A stretch of DNA of 64,000 nucleotides from an uncultured Candidatus Saccharibacteria bacterium (GTDB taxonomy: Bacteria; Patescibacteriota; Saccharimonadia; Saccharimonadales; UBA7683), in assembly GCA_964632215.1 (NCBI GenBank), contig CAZWBG010000001.1, positions 110,589 to 174,588 on the forward strand, in the 5' to 3' direction. Within the stretch, counting starts at the first letter, position 1. Each line of letters begins with the position of its first letter. Shown here in pieces: positions 1 through 9,924 of this stretch. The notes beneath the pieces were generated by a model. The model was not told the origin of the DNA. It saw only the letters and a list, made by a program, of their open reading frames with translations, and did not search any database. The translations under genes were made by a program, and so were the position numbers.

Positions 1-269
1 CTGACGCAGGATATAATGATCGCTATTTTGACGAAACTAGCATTCGTTCGATGGGCATTTTAGACAAAGTTACTGATGATCAATTCCAGGAGATGCTTGA
101 TCATGCAAAGCAGCATAATCTTTGGCTAGTGCTAGTATATCACCGCGTTGATGAGTCTGGTGAATATAATGTCACACACCAGCAACTTGAGAAACAGCTA
201 CAAATGATTACCCAGAGTGGTTTGTCTATCGAGCCACTATCACAAGCAGCTCACAACATTCGGCAATAA
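1..269 (+). CDS. polysaccharide deacetylase-family protein, C-terminal fragment (5' end lies outside the window)
   Basis: Frame 3 is open from position 3 (DAGYNDRYFDETSIRSMGILDK...), so the gene enters from upstream. The tail LWLVLVYHRVDE...GLSIEPLSQ resembles the last His motif and C-terminus of NodB-type deacetylases (recalled, weak). Confidence 0.4.
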   Translation, partial: DAGYNDRYFDETSIRSMGILDKVTDDQFQEMLDHAKQHNLWLVLVYHRVDESGEYNVTHQQLEKQLQMITQSGLSIEPLSQAAHNIRQ

Positions 270-523
270 TGCCACTCACCTGGGCTAACGACTTCTTTGT
301 AGGCTCGCAAATTTTAAGACAACTCCAGCACCTAAGGTGACTGTGGTGGCGAAAGCTGCTGAGAGAAGTTCTTTCCATATATTGTCCAGTATAAATCTAT
401 TGTGACATCCACTACAAAGCCGCCAGTTCGACAATATTCGATTTAGTCGCGGTAAGAAGATATTCAAAGATGTGAGCAATGTGTGGCATAATTAATTTTA
501 GAAGACTTAAAAGAAGGGTTGTC

Positions 524-1024
524 ATGAGCAAGAAAGAAGAAATCACTACAAAGAGCGCGAGCCCATTGCTGGGCATTCTACCATTTATCGGGGTGATACT
601 ATTTATTATTAGTGTTGTGCCGATTATACTCGGTGACCGTAGCGGTGATTGGCAGCGCCAAGTGGTGCAAAACGCCGTGGTCTACACAATCGGCTGGGCG
701 GGACTTGGCGCAGGTATATCGCATCTATTTTTTGGTAAACAGATCTCTAAGTCAATTGGATTTCAAAAAACTCCGTATGAACTAGAGGTAGGTTTTTGTG
801 ACCTCAGTTTCGGTATCGTCGCATTGATGGCTCCCTCATTCTCAACAGATTTTTGGCTAGCAGTTATACTCATGTGTTCAATTTATCGCTTTGGCTGCGG
901 TATCGGACACGTTAAACAGATTATTCAGGAGCGTAACTTTGCAATTAATAACACCGCAATATTGTTTCTTGACTTCGTTGTTCCTGCACTGCTTATATGG
1001 TCTTACTGCGCCTGGATTGCATAA
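524..1024 (+). CDS. hypothetical integral membrane protein
   Basis: ORF 479..1024. The internal ATG at 524 is preceded by GAAGGG 5 nt upstream. Several hydrophobic helices (PFIGVILFIISVVPIIL, VVYTIGWAGLGAGISHLFF, and others). Confidence 0.5.
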   Translation: MSKKEEITTKSASPLLGILPFIGVILFIISVVPIILGDRSGDWQRQVVQNAVVYTIGWAGLGAGISHLFFGKQISKSIGFQKTPYELEVGFCDLSFGIVALMAPSFSTDFWLAVILMCSIYRFGCGIGHVKQIIQERNFAINNTAILFLDFVVPALLIWSYCAWIA

Positions 1025-1059
1025 TTAATAGAACTCGAACAAATTAAGCGGAAGATTAT

Positions 1060-1737
1060 ATGAGCACACATAAAGAAATTAAGATGTATGACGCGACACT
1101 TTTGGAGAAGATCCATGAGTATGACGAGGTGTATAGCTTTAAGTTTAGTAAAGATAAAGATATCTCTTTTGTTCCAGGCTATTATACTCACCTACTCGTT
1201 GGTGAACCTCACCCAGATAATGTACATAAAATGTCACTAGCTTCGTCTCCTTCAGAGGACTTTTTGCTTTTTTCTATGGACACGCAATCCCAGAGCACCT
1301 TCAAGAAGGCATTTCTGCTCCTGAAGCCAGGTGACACCGTGCAACTATTTAAGACAAAAGGGGTGTCGATACTGCCAGAGGGAACTGATCGCTCTATTTA
1401 TCTTATTGCTGGTGGTATAGGAGTTAGTCCATATCGATCGATGATGTTAGACGTTATTGGTAAGGATAGTGGACACAAACTGGAATTAGTTCATGTTGCT
1501 AGAAGCGACTTCTTGTTTGAAGATACACTTGAGGATCTACCATTTTCTCAAAAAAGAATTAGATCGAAGGATCTTAATCAAGAGCTAGACGGTCTAGTAG
1601 CGAAAGAGCCAGCGGCATATTTCTTCGTATCTGGCTCTGAGCGATTTGTGGATGGTACCATTGAATACTTAAGATCTAAGGGTATCGCCGACGATAGCAT
1701 TGTTCTTGACCGCTTCGACGGTTACTATACTGACTAA
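1060..1737 (+). CDS. ferredoxin-NADP reductase-like FAD/NAD(P)-binding oxidoreductase
   Basis: 225 aa. It has the GGIGVSP NAD(P)-binding motif and the two-domain FNR-like layout, but the flavin-binding RxYS motif is degenerate (HKMSLAS). Confidence 0.6.
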   Translation: MSTHKEIKMYDATLLEKIHEYDEVYSFKFSKDKDISFVPGYYTHLLVGEPHPDNVHKMSLASSPSEDFLLFSMDTQSQSTFKKAFLLLKPGDTVQLFKTKGVSILPEGTDRSIYLIAGGIGVSPYRSMMLDVIGKDSGHKLELVHVARSDFLFEDTLEDLPFSQKRIRSKDLNQELDGLVAKEPAAYFFVSGSERFVDGTIEYLRSKGIADDSIVLDRFDGYYTD

Positions 1738-1740
1738 GTG

Positions 1741-2550
1741 CTAGTTAGCAGCTTTGCGGCGGAAGAGATAGGATGCGATAGGGATACTTACAACTAAGAG
1801 TCCTATGCTCCAGGCTACAGCAAGCCAGCCGTAGTTTCCGATCGGCAGGTCGAGCATAAGAGCGCGTACAGCATTGACTACTTGTGTAATAGGCTGATTC
1901 TCTGCAAACATCTTTAGGTATTTAGGCATACCCTCAGCCGGCACGAAAGCGCTACTGGCAAATGTAAGTGGGAAGATAATAACAAATGTAAGCCACTGCA
2001 CTGCTTCAACACTCTTTGCAAATACGCCAACAATGGCCATGAGCCATGAGAACGCCAGGGTAAAGAGTACGAGGATACCTATGATCTGTAGCCAAGCAAA
2101 AAAGTCACCATTACTACGAAAACCAATTATGAGACCAGTCAATAGCATTACTGCTGTTGAGATGGTGTTACGCAGGAGATCAGAAATGATATGACCGTTA
2201 AGTACCGCACGGTTAGACATTGGGAGTGAGCGGAATCGATCAATAATCCCTCTTTGAAGGTCGCTACAGATAGCTACAGCTGTGGTGGTTGAACCAAAAG
2301 CTACAGTCTGAACGATAATACCAGCCATAAGGAAGTCGAGATAGTTGATACCAGGTGGCAGTGACTTATCGATTGCTCCACCAAACACGGCCGCAAACAG
2401 GATTAGGAACATGATTGGTTGGAAGAAGGCTCCAAGCAATTGATCAGTATTACGAATAATATGCGTGCTGCTACGCTTAACCATCACCCAAGAGTCAATG
2501 AATGAAAGCACTACTTTTGGCTTCTTCTCAAATTGTAGTGTAGTAGCCAT
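1741..2550 (-). CDS. ABC-2 type transporter permease (DrrB-like)
   Basis: 269 aa with six predicted TM helices. Its start overlaps the stop of the upstream ATPase by 1 nt (2550). Confidence 0.8.
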   Translation of the reverse strand: MATTLQFEKKPKVVLSFIDSWVMVKRSSTHIIRNTDQLLGAFFQPIMFLILFAAVFGGAIDKSLPPGINYLDFLMAGIIVQTVAFGSTTTAVAICSDLQRGIIDRFRSLPMSNRAVLNGHIISDLLRNTISTAVMLLTGLIIGFRSNGDFFAWLQIIGILVLFTLAFSWLMAIVGVFAKSVEAVQWLTFVIIFPLTFASSAFVPAEGMPKYLKMFAENQPITQVVNAVRALMLDLPIGNYGWLAVAWSIGLLVVSIPIASYLFRRKAAN

Positions 2551-3515
2551 TACTCCTCCCCTTCTTTCTTGGTTTTTGTCTTAATCTTACCAGTTAGCGA
2601 GAGGAACACATCATCAAGTGTCGGTTTATGAACTTCAAGGAGATCAATCGAGATCTTAGCCTTAGCAAGTTTGTCCAAAACGTTCTTCACATCCTTGTTT
2701 ACATCATCAATAGTAAGACTTACGGTAAATTCTTTATCTTCGCTTACTATGACCTCTTTGCCGAGAAGTTTTTGTGCTTTTTCGAGTGTATCTGTGTTCG
2801 CAAAAGTAAGTTCAAGTCGATCTTTACCAACCTTACGCTTAAGTTGTGAGGCCGTACCTTCTGCGATAACTTTACCACCATCAATAACTACAATCTGATT
2901 TGCTAACTGATCAGCTTCTTCGAGGTACTGCGTTGTGAGTAGAATAGTTGTACCTGTTGCCATGAGTTTTTTGATAATGTCCCACATAGCAAGACGTGAG
3001 CGTGGATCAAGTCCGGTTGTTGGTTCATCAAGGAAGATGATTGGTGGAGTGGCGATCAAACTCACTGCAAGGTCTAGGCGACGACGCATACCACCAGAGT
3101 AAGTTTTGGTTGGTCGATCGGCTGCATCGAGTAGGTCGAACTCAGCTAAGAGTTCAAGAGCCCGAGCTTTGGCACTTGCTTTAGTAAGTCGATAGAGACG
3201 ACCCATCATCACAAGATTTTCTCGCCCTGTGAGAAGCTCATCTACGGCTGCAGACTGTCCTGTTAAGCCAATAACGCTACGTACTTTGTCTGCATGTTCG
3301 GCAACATCAAAACCAGCCACCTTAACTTTACCTGCATCATAGTTCAGTAGAGTGCTGAGAATACGAACAGTAGTTGTCTTACCTGCACCGTTAGGGCCAA
3401 GTAGGGCAAGCATAGTGCCTTTTCCTACGTTTAAATTAATACCTCTAAGGACCTCATTTGTTCCATAAGATTTTTTGAGTCCTCTAACCTGAATTGCATA
3501 CTTTTTTTCTGCCAT
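2550..3515 (-). CDS. ABC transporter ATP-binding protein (DrrA/daunorubicin-resistance type)
   Basis: Walker A GPNGAGKTT, ABC signature YSGGMRRRL, Walker B IIFLDEPTTGLD, and a C-terminal DrrA-like extension. Confidence 0.9.
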   Translation of the reverse strand: MAEKKYAIQVRGLKKSYGTNEVLRGINLNVGKGTMLALLGPNGAGKTTTVRILSTLLNYDAGKVKVAGFDVAEHADKVRSVIGLTGQSAAVDELLTGRENLVMMGRLYRLTKASAKARALELLAEFDLLDAADRPTKTYSGGMRRRLDLAVSLIATPPIIFLDEPTTGLDPRSRLAMWDIIKKLMATGTTILLTTQYLEEADQLANQIVVIDGGKVIAEGTASQLKRKVGKDRLELTFANTDTLEKAQKLLGKEVIVSEDKEFTVSLTIDDVNKDVKNVLDKLAKAKISIDLLEVHKPTLDDVFLSLTGKIKTKTKKEGEE

Positions 3516-3698
3516 AATCTAGCATCATTTTAACATAAGTCAAACTATAATTCGAGCAATTTGTTCGGATATCTTTACTCACGGATATTAAAACATACCA
3601 AGTCCTCTGCTACTTTGCAGCCGCTGGGCGTTTGAAGTACGTTCTAAAGCTGATATCTTCTATCAGTATTTCTGGTGACTATCAGGACCTCTTTTGGT

Positions 3699-5261
3699 CT
3701 AGATCTCGTTGATTTGTTCTTGCGTTAAAGGTGCCCAGGGTGAGTTATCGGCATTTGATGATGCAGCTGCCGGGCTATTGCCCGTGTTCCACCATTTTGC
3801 CTGGTAAGGTACACCGTTGAACAGTACACGCTGGCTGGCTTCATAGGTGTCTGTCCCCGACCATTCCTTGTATGTTCCTGCTGGTACTGTAGACTGCGGG
3901 ACTGGCTTCTCGCCTGGTAAAACTGGACCGATTAGTTGCCACGGCGTCTCCCATGTTTGTAGTACGGGATTATCTGGGACTTCATTTTGTGTCCACCACT
4001 TGGCTTCATAGACATTATGACGCCATACAACTTTCGTACCCTGGAGATATGCACCTGAGGCCGACCAGATCTGGTACGGGCTATGAGCGGGATCATCTGG
4101 TTCTTGAGAGGTTTTTGAAGCTGGATCGGCGGTTGTTACTACGCCAGCGCTCAGTGACATACTTCCATTGAAACCTATGCCGAGTATAGATGCAAAACTC
4201 TGTTTGTCCTGCGCTATACCACTGCATGAATCAGAGACTACCTTTACGTCAACATAATTACCACCACAGCTAATATCACGATTTGCTGACCACATCGACA
4301 TACGTCCTAGACCTTGTGAGTGTGCAAATTGATTAAGACCCTTTGCATCATCAAGTGTGAATATTTCGCCAGCAACGTCATTTTGACCAATCATTGGAGT
4401 TGCACCAAGCTTTGACCATAAGGTTGCACTGCTTAAGTTTACGTTAGACTGCTGATATAGAACGCCAAGTTGACGATGTGTCTGAATTAGGGCGCTTTTA
4501 GAGCCATCTAGCATGGTCTTGCCTGCTTCAAGGCTTGCACCATAATCCATCGTCATAACATTGACGCCCGCTAGATCAACACCACTCTTAAGTAGTTGAG
4601 TCACTGCATTCGTTCCGTCCTCTGTAAGCCCTTGTGGAGCAACTGGTAGTGTTACCCAAACAGCAAGGCTTTTGCCTGTTGCACGACGCTCAGACTGTAG
4701 GGCTGCGATAGCAGTTGCACGACGAGATCCGGCAGCGGTATCGGTTAGTCCTGAATTTTCGAGATCAAGGTCGATAGTGTCGATATCGTATCGTTCGACA
4801 ACTGATCTGTAGGCTGCTAAAAGTTTGGTGCTATCGGTACACTTTACGGCTAACTCGTCATTATTTAGACCACCAAATGATACAGCAACACTTCCACTTT
4901 GTTGTTTAAGTCGAGCTACTCGGCGATCTAAATCTAGAGAAGCACTTGCTTGATCCATTGTGTAGGCCCCGCCCCAAGAAGGCGTACAGGCATCAGACGG
5001 TAACGACACAATAAATGAAAGTACTGCGTCACGGTTCGAATCTGTGCCCATTTGCTCAAAAGCAAATGATGGCGTGGCCGTAACATCTACGTAAGGTGCA
5101 AACCAGGGCTCATGAGAAGCTGTTGCTTGTTCTGTTCGCCATCGCTGCGTACCAAAGATGCCACCAGTAATAACGCCAACAATAACAAAGATCGCTAGCG
5201 CTACTCGCCAAGGAGACAGTTTTCGTTGCGGCGCGAGGTTTGGTAAATTTTGTTTGCTCAT
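3699..5261 (-). CDS. membrane-anchored GH18 glycoside hydrolase (chitinase-like) with two C-terminal CBM5/12 chitin-binding modules
   Basis: N-terminal TM helix (VALAIFVIVGVITGGIFG). GH18 catalytic motif DxxDxDxE present as DTIDLDLE. Two copies of the CBM5/12 signature (VYEAKWWTQNEVP and PYQAKWWNTGNSP). Confidence 0.8.
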   Translation of the reverse strand: MSKQNLPNLAPQRKLSPWRVALAIFVIVGVITGGIFGTQRWRTEQATASHEPWFAPYVDVTATPSFAFEQMGTDSNRDAVLSFIVSLPSDACTPSWGGAYTMDQASASLDLDRRVARLKQQSGSVAVSFGGLNNDELAVKCTDSTKLLAAYRSVVERYDIDTIDLDLENSGLTDTAAGSRRATAIAALQSERRATGKSLAVWVTLPVAPQGLTEDGTNAVTQLLKSGVDLAGVNVMTMDYGASLEAGKTMLDGSKSALIQTHRQLGVLYQQSNVNLSSATLWSKLGATPMIGQNDVAGEIFTLDDAKGLNQFAHSQGLGRMSMWSANRDISCGGNYVDVKVVSDSCSGIAQDKQSFASILGIGFNGSMSLSAGVVTTADPASKTSQEPDDPAHSPYQIWSASGAYLQGTKVVWRHNVYEAKWWTQNEVPDNPVLQTWETPWQLIGPVLPGEKPVPQSTVPAGTYKEWSGTDTYEASQRVLFNGVPYQAKWWNTGNSPAAASSNADNSPWAPLTQEQINEI

Positions 5262-7549
5262 TATACTGCCTGACTCTCTTCGTTAGCGATGTCTTGGCTT
5301 GATACACTCAGCGGTACTGCTTGTTTTGCATCACCATGATAAAGTACGGCTCTCCAGTCTAGTGTGGATTCACTAGCCGCTGATGTCGTGACAGTACTTG
5401 GACCAACCTCGACATATAACCAGTTAGTCAAACCATGCCAGGTATCGGTAATGGTGTGGCGAATGCCTATATAAGCAACAATTGCCCAAGAAGCCAAGAA
5501 TGCGTTGAATCCTGCAAAAAAGGCGTTTGCCCAGTTCTGTGCCACTACATCTCGCCATCCTGTGAATACCGAAAAGCCAACTATGAATAGTGGTGCAATA
5601 GTATAGAGTAGTGGTGTAACTGTATGATCCTTGACCTTAGGAGTACGCGCAAAAGGAATCTTCTTACCACTCAGGGCTTGCTGGAACGACTTTAGTACTC
5701 CTGCAAGGTTAATTGGAAGTAGGATCAGGTTAAAGCCATAGATTCTCAGAACATCGGTTCTTTTGTAGCCACAATATTTGAGATCGCTCGCCATTGCAAA
5801 AAAGTATGGGAGCGCCGCGAAAATTATGAGCGGACTTAAGAGTCGTCCATCATAAGGGAACGCGAGCAAAAAGATCAAGCCAAAGCTAGCCCAAGCAATC
5901 GAGGCCATGTAATTAACACGAAGTAATAACTCTGCTTGTGAGATATGCTCATTTTGGGTCTTGCGTTTGCGGATCTGGTTCCAAAATTTCGGTAAGATCA
6001 AAAGGCCACCGTTAGCCCAGCGCCGGCGTTGCACGATAAGCGAGCCAAAATCTGGAGGAGTTGCGCTATAGCTCAGACGCTCGGGGTAGTTAACGAGTGT
6101 CCAGCCATGCATGCCGAGATCGACACTCGATTCAGTATCTTCAATAACAGTACGGTCTTGGATGAAAGTACTTATTTCAAACCCACCAATCCATTCTGTT
6201 TCAACGATATCCTCAAGTGCACGCTTACGAATTACTGCGTTGGCTCCAACCCAAAATGTTGCACCATAATGGCTCATACCCTGATGAAGAATGTGTTGAA
6301 TGTCGGTGGTTGCACCAGCAAGCCGTTCTATGCGAGTCGCTGCACCACGGAAAGACGAATATGGAGTCTGCGTAACAGCCACACGTGAATTGCCAGGCTG
6401 CTCTAGGAAGTACGTCAAGCGCAGACAGTAATCTCTTAAAAGAATTGAATCAGCATCAAGAGTTAAGAGGAAGTCACTGTCTGGAATTGTTAGATCACCC
6501 TTACCAGCTTTGGCAATAGAGACAAGAATAGGGCCGTCTGGGGTCTGCTGTACGCGATATGTGCCGCCCATGAGTCCTATATAAGAGTTTAGATTCATCG
6601 CCTTATTTACCTCTCGAGACAGTGAGGTATACTGCTTTCGCTCAAAGACATCAAGTTCTGCGTTAAAAATCCATACTAGTCGCCGATAGAGTTGATGAAC
6701 ACGACTCCTATTCAGCTTCGCACCCTCATTATGAGAAGCCAATAGGGCTTCTGCTGTTAAACTAAGTTCTTTAGCAAGACCGCCAAGTACCTGCTCGATA
6801 AAAAACTCATCAACGTGATCTTCACGCTCTTCATCTTCAGCCATCTTTTTTAGCCATGTAGCGGCCCAGGCGTAGTGTTCGGCGAGTTCTTTCACTGTTT
6901 GATGTGTTGCAAAGACTGCACTTGAATGCTTTTGTTCAAAATCAAGGAGGGCTTTACTAAAACGCAGGTTGGGTTTGGAGAAAAGTTTTGCTATCTCACC
7001 CGTGAGTGCTCTGCTTGCATTGAGTTTCGCAGTAGCTTCTAGATTTGATGGATTTGGTTTGTCGTCCAGTAGAAGTACTATCCGTAGTTTCGGGTACTCT
7101 TGTAGTGCTGCAGAAAGGAGTGTTTTACGAATAACTTGTGGCTCTTCGTCGTATGAGGGCACGAGTACGGTAATTGAAGGTTGGCTTTCGGAAAAATGGC
7201 GGTCAATTTCGGCACGTGGTACACGAACATGTTTACTAAAGCGTTGTAGCGCACCTAGGCGAGCCACTAAATACATTAGTGCAGAAAATGTCAGAAATGT
7301 TACCACAATGAGATAACCAACAGCTTCTAGTGTGAACTGAAATGTTTGTGGACCATCAAAAAACTGACGAATGATCGTTGAGACGACGTATGTTGCCCAA
7401 AAACCGATAGTAACAATTATCGCTAAGCGACTCAAGATTATTTTACGGGTTGATGGCTGGTCATGAACAATAGGTAGTGGTATCGTGCGACGTTCAGCAC
7501 CCCACTGCCGCTTTCGGGCAGCCTGATTTTCAGATTTTATACTTCGCAT
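5261..7549 (-). CDS. processive family-2 glycosyltransferase (beta-glycan / chitin- or cellulose-synthase-like)
   Basis: Motifs LLLDD, TLDADS, IEDTES and QRRRWANGG (D,D,D,QxxRW) sit between N- and C-terminal TM bundles. The ORF is open to TTG 7588. I prefer ATG 7549, which has AAGGAG 12 nt upstream. The stop TAA overlaps the GH18 ATG (TAATG at 5259-5263). Confidence 0.8.
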   Translation of the reverse strand: MRSIKSENQAARKRQWGAERRTIPLPIVHDQPSTRKIILSRLAIIVTIGFWATYVVSTIIRQFFDGPQTFQFTLEAVGYLIVVTFLTFSALMYLVARLGALQRFSKHVRVPRAEIDRHFSESQPSITVLVPSYDEEPQVIRKTLLSAALQEYPKLRIVLLLDDKPNPSNLEATAKLNASRALTGEIAKLFSKPNLRFSKALLDFEQKHSSAVFATHQTVKELAEHYAWAATWLKKMAEDEEREDHVDEFFIEQVLGGLAKELSLTAEALLASHNEGAKLNRSRVHQLYRRLVWIFNAELDVFERKQYTSLSREVNKAMNLNSYIGLMGGTYRVQQTPDGPILVSIAKAGKGDLTIPDSDFLLTLDADSILLRDYCLRLTYFLEQPGNSRVAVTQTPYSSFRGAATRIERLAGATTDIQHILHQGMSHYGATFWVGANAVIRKRALEDIVETEWIGGFEISTFIQDRTVIEDTESSVDLGMHGWTLVNYPERLSYSATPPDFGSLIVQRRRWANGGLLILPKFWNQIRKRKTQNEHISQAELLLRVNYMASIAWASFGLIFLLAFPYDGRLLSPLIIFAALPYFFAMASDLKYCGYKRTDVLRIYGFNLILLPINLAGVLKSFQQALSGKKIPFARTPKVKDHTVTPLLYTIAPLFIVGFSVFTGWRDVVAQNWANAFFAGFNAFLASWAIVAYIGIRHTITDTWHGLTNWLYVEVGPSTVTTSAASESTLDWRAVLYHGDAKQAVPLSVSSQDIANEESQAV

Positions 7550-7941
7550 AATTAAACTAATCTCCTTTCGGTATAAACGGCATACCAATCTGTGCAGTTA
7601 ATAGACAAAAATCAACTTTTAATTATAACAGAAAATAATAAGTTTTACAATACGTATTTGTCTATACTATCTACTGAACAATAAATAAAGTAAATAGATC
7701 TCAATTTTATAAATACTCAGATTCAACTTTTAACAGATATTTCAATACTGGATAAGTACTTAATTTCAATCTACTCAATATTATTGCAAAAGTTACTAAT
7801 CCATGAATTAAATTGGCATGGTCGGGTACTGAGGAAGTAGCCTAAAAGATAGTCTTTGCTGCTTCGTACTTATGGTATGATTTTGATACGGAAATTACGC
7901 TTACAACTCCCGCTTTATTATTCCCAGCAATAGCGATACTC

Positions 7942-8298
7942 ATGCTTGGTTACATGAACCGATATCTTGGCATAGCAACAGTTATTAGAAATTTTAAGAA
8001 AGATTATGACTCAGACTATATTCATACCGATATCATAAAACAGCTAGACATACTTAAGAGACGAATTGATCTCTCGCGGCTTATGCTCAGTGTCAGTGCA
8101 GCTGCACTTATGCTGGCTTGTCTTTCGATGTTTACGATTTTTCTAGATCTTCAGCTGAGCGGAAAAACAGCTTTTGGCTTATCGCTCGTAGCTATGATAG
8201 TTAGCGTAGTACTCTCACTGTATGAAACGACACTTTCTAATAAATCACTTTTCATTGAAATAGAGGATATGGTTGCGAAAGAGAAGACCAAAAAGTAA
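7942..8298 (+). CDS. DUF2721-like small membrane protein
   Basis: LGYMNRYLGIATVIRNF plus two C-terminal TM helices resembles DUF2721 (recalled). The reading frame stays open upstream to 7846 and encodes a further hydrophobic segment without a canonical start codon. Confidence 0.45.
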   Translation: MLGYMNRYLGIATVIRNFKKDYDSDYIHTDIIKQLDILKRRIDLSRLMLSVSAAALMLACLSMFTIFLDLQLSGKTAFGLSLVAMIVSVVLSLYETTLSNKSLFIEIEDMVAKEKTKK

Positions 8299-8332
8299 TA
8301 TCTTTCAGATCATGAAGCAAGACAGGGCTATC

Positions 8333-8875
8333 TTAGATGAGCTGCTTAAGAGCTTCGCTGAGTGTCGGTGCGCCTGGTTTGAGTGCTTTATCGATATCTT
8401 TAAAGGCACCAGTTTCGTTGAATTGGTCTTGAGCGAGTTGCAAGGCAACTGTTGGATCAATGGTCTTAATTTTTAACCAATCAAAAACGTCCCTTAGATG
8501 ATTCGTAGCACTTCCACCACCATCTACGTAACCATAACTTACTATAACTGCAGGTTTATCCTTCCACTCGGTGGCAAGATAGTCGATTACGCTTTTTAGT
8601 GAAGACGGAAAGCTACGATTGTATTCTGGGGTTAAGAAAATAAACCCATCAGCTTCAGCTATCTGTTTCGCCCAGGCTTTGCCATGTTCTGTCTCAGTTG
8701 GCGCATAGGCTGGTGGAATCGGCGAGTCAAATGCTGGAAGATCGACTTCTTTTAAGTCAATCACTTCAAAATGAACTCCGGCTTCTGTGGCTTGTTTTTC
8801 TACCCACTTGGCAATTGCTGGCGCGACTCGGTTTTGCCTAGTGCTGCCAATAATAAGTTTTATATTCTTCGCCAT
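8333..8875 (-). CDS. NAD(P)H-dependent FMN reductase family oxidoreductase
   Basis: 180 aa. The N-terminus KLIIGSTRQNRVAPAIAKWV and the segment FLTPEYNRSFPSSLK are typical of the FMN_red family. Confidence 0.8.
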   Translation of the reverse strand: MAKNIKLIIGSTRQNRVAPAIAKWVEKQATEAGVHFEVIDLKEVDLPAFDSPIPPAYAPTETEHGKAWAKQIAEADGFIFLTPEYNRSFPSSLKSVIDYLATEWKDKPAVIVSYGYVDGGGSATNHLRDVFDWLKIKTIDPTVALQLAQDQFNETGAFKDIDKALKPGAPTLSEALKQLI

Positions 8876-8954
8876 GGTACTCTCCTCTGTTTTGTGGTAT
8901 TATATAAATAAGTACTTACAATAATATAGTACTATAGAAAATATAGCAAGTTGT

Positions 8955-9299
8955 ATGAATACTACTCCAATCAAAAATCCTGCAGATATCTGTGACGGTA
9001 CTGATGCCGAAGAGGTATTCGATGAGACACTTAAGGTACTCGGTGATTTTTGGGTACTACGCATTATAAGTGCTCTGGATACTGCCCCACTACGGTTTGC
9101 AGAGTTAGAGCGTACATTGAAGGATTCTAACCCCGTGACGCTCACAAATAGGCTTAAGAAGCTCGAAGAAGGTGCTTACATAACTCGGCAAGCTGAAACC
9201 TGCGACAAGCAATCTGTCAGCTATGAATTAACGCAAAAAGGTCAGGCAGTTTTGCCAATTGTGGCTGCGTTTAAAAAATTCAGTACTCGACATACCTAG
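8955..9299 (+). CDS. HxlR-family winged-helix transcriptional regulator
   Basis: 114 aa. LGDFWVLRIISAL...RFAELERTL...TLTNRLKKLEEGAYITR...VSYELTQKG follows the HxlR pattern. Divergent from the FMN reductase gene. Confidence 0.8.
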   Translation: MNTTPIKNPADICDGTDAEEVFDETLKVLGDFWVLRIISALDTAPLRFAELERTLKDSNPVTLTNRLKKLEEGAYITRQAETCDKQSVSYELTQKGQAVLPIVAAFKKFSTRHT

Positions 9300-9328
9300 T
9301 ATAATGAGATATGTAAAGGGAGGTGTAT

Positions 9329-9715
9329 ATGTTGAAAAATAGCAGGGCGTTTAGTGGCTTCTCAGTGGATGATCTAGCAGCGGCGAAAAAGTTCTATGGT
9401 GATACCTTAGGGCTAGAATTAATTGAAGATAAAATGGGTCTAACACTTAAGTTGGCGGACGGGAAAGAAGTATTTATATACGAAAAGGAGGATCACACTC
9501 CAGCAACCTTCACCATCCTTAATTTCTCCGTAGATAGTATTAACCGAGTTATTGACGAATTGACTGCTAGGGGTGTGGGGTTTGAGATTTATGATAATCT
9601 ACCCGCATCTCAAGATGAAAAGGGTGTACTCCGTGGAAAATCAGCTGGTATGGGCCCTGATATTGCCTGGTTTAAAGATCCTGCCGGCAACGTCCTCTCA
9701 ATTATCGAACAATAG
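9329..9715 (+). CDS. VOC/glyoxalase-family protein
   Basis: ORF from GTG 9323. ATG 9329 lies 5 nt after AAAGGGAGG. DDLAAAKKFYGDTLGLEL and the C-terminal WFKDPAGNVLSI are glyoxalase-fold hallmarks. Confidence 0.75.
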   Translation: MLKNSRAFSGFSVDDLAAAKKFYGDTLGLELIEDKMGLTLKLADGKEVFIYEKEDHTPATFTILNFSVDSINRVIDELTARGVGFEIYDNLPASQDEKGVLRGKSAGMGPDIAWFKDPAGNVLSIIEQ

Positions 9716-9909
9716 CCAGTAGTTACTAATTGAATCTTATCGGTTGAGAAAATCTAGCCAGATTTTATATTTATGAAAATTGATATACCCAGTTAAGATA
9801 TTTCCAAATCGACTATTCTCTATGTATTGATAGTCGATCCCTTGTTTATCTAGTGCTTGTTTGAATTGGATAGATTGGCTATACCTGACTCAAAAAATTA
9901 TATTCAAGC

Positions 9910-9918
9910 TGGTACACT
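9910..9918 (+). promoter_or_regulatory. extended -10 element (TGgTACACT) 6 nt upstream of the ATG at 9925
   Basis: TGGTACACT followed by aggcgt and then ATG. No Shine-Dalgarno sequence. Fits the leaderless pattern repeated elsewhere in the window. Confidence 0.4.
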
Positions 9919-9924
9919 AGGCGT

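Noticed and set aside
285-479. 64-codon minus-strand ORF with a TTG start, between the deacetylase fragment and the membrane protein gene.
   Set aside because: No SD or promoter, odd composition, and probably intergenic.
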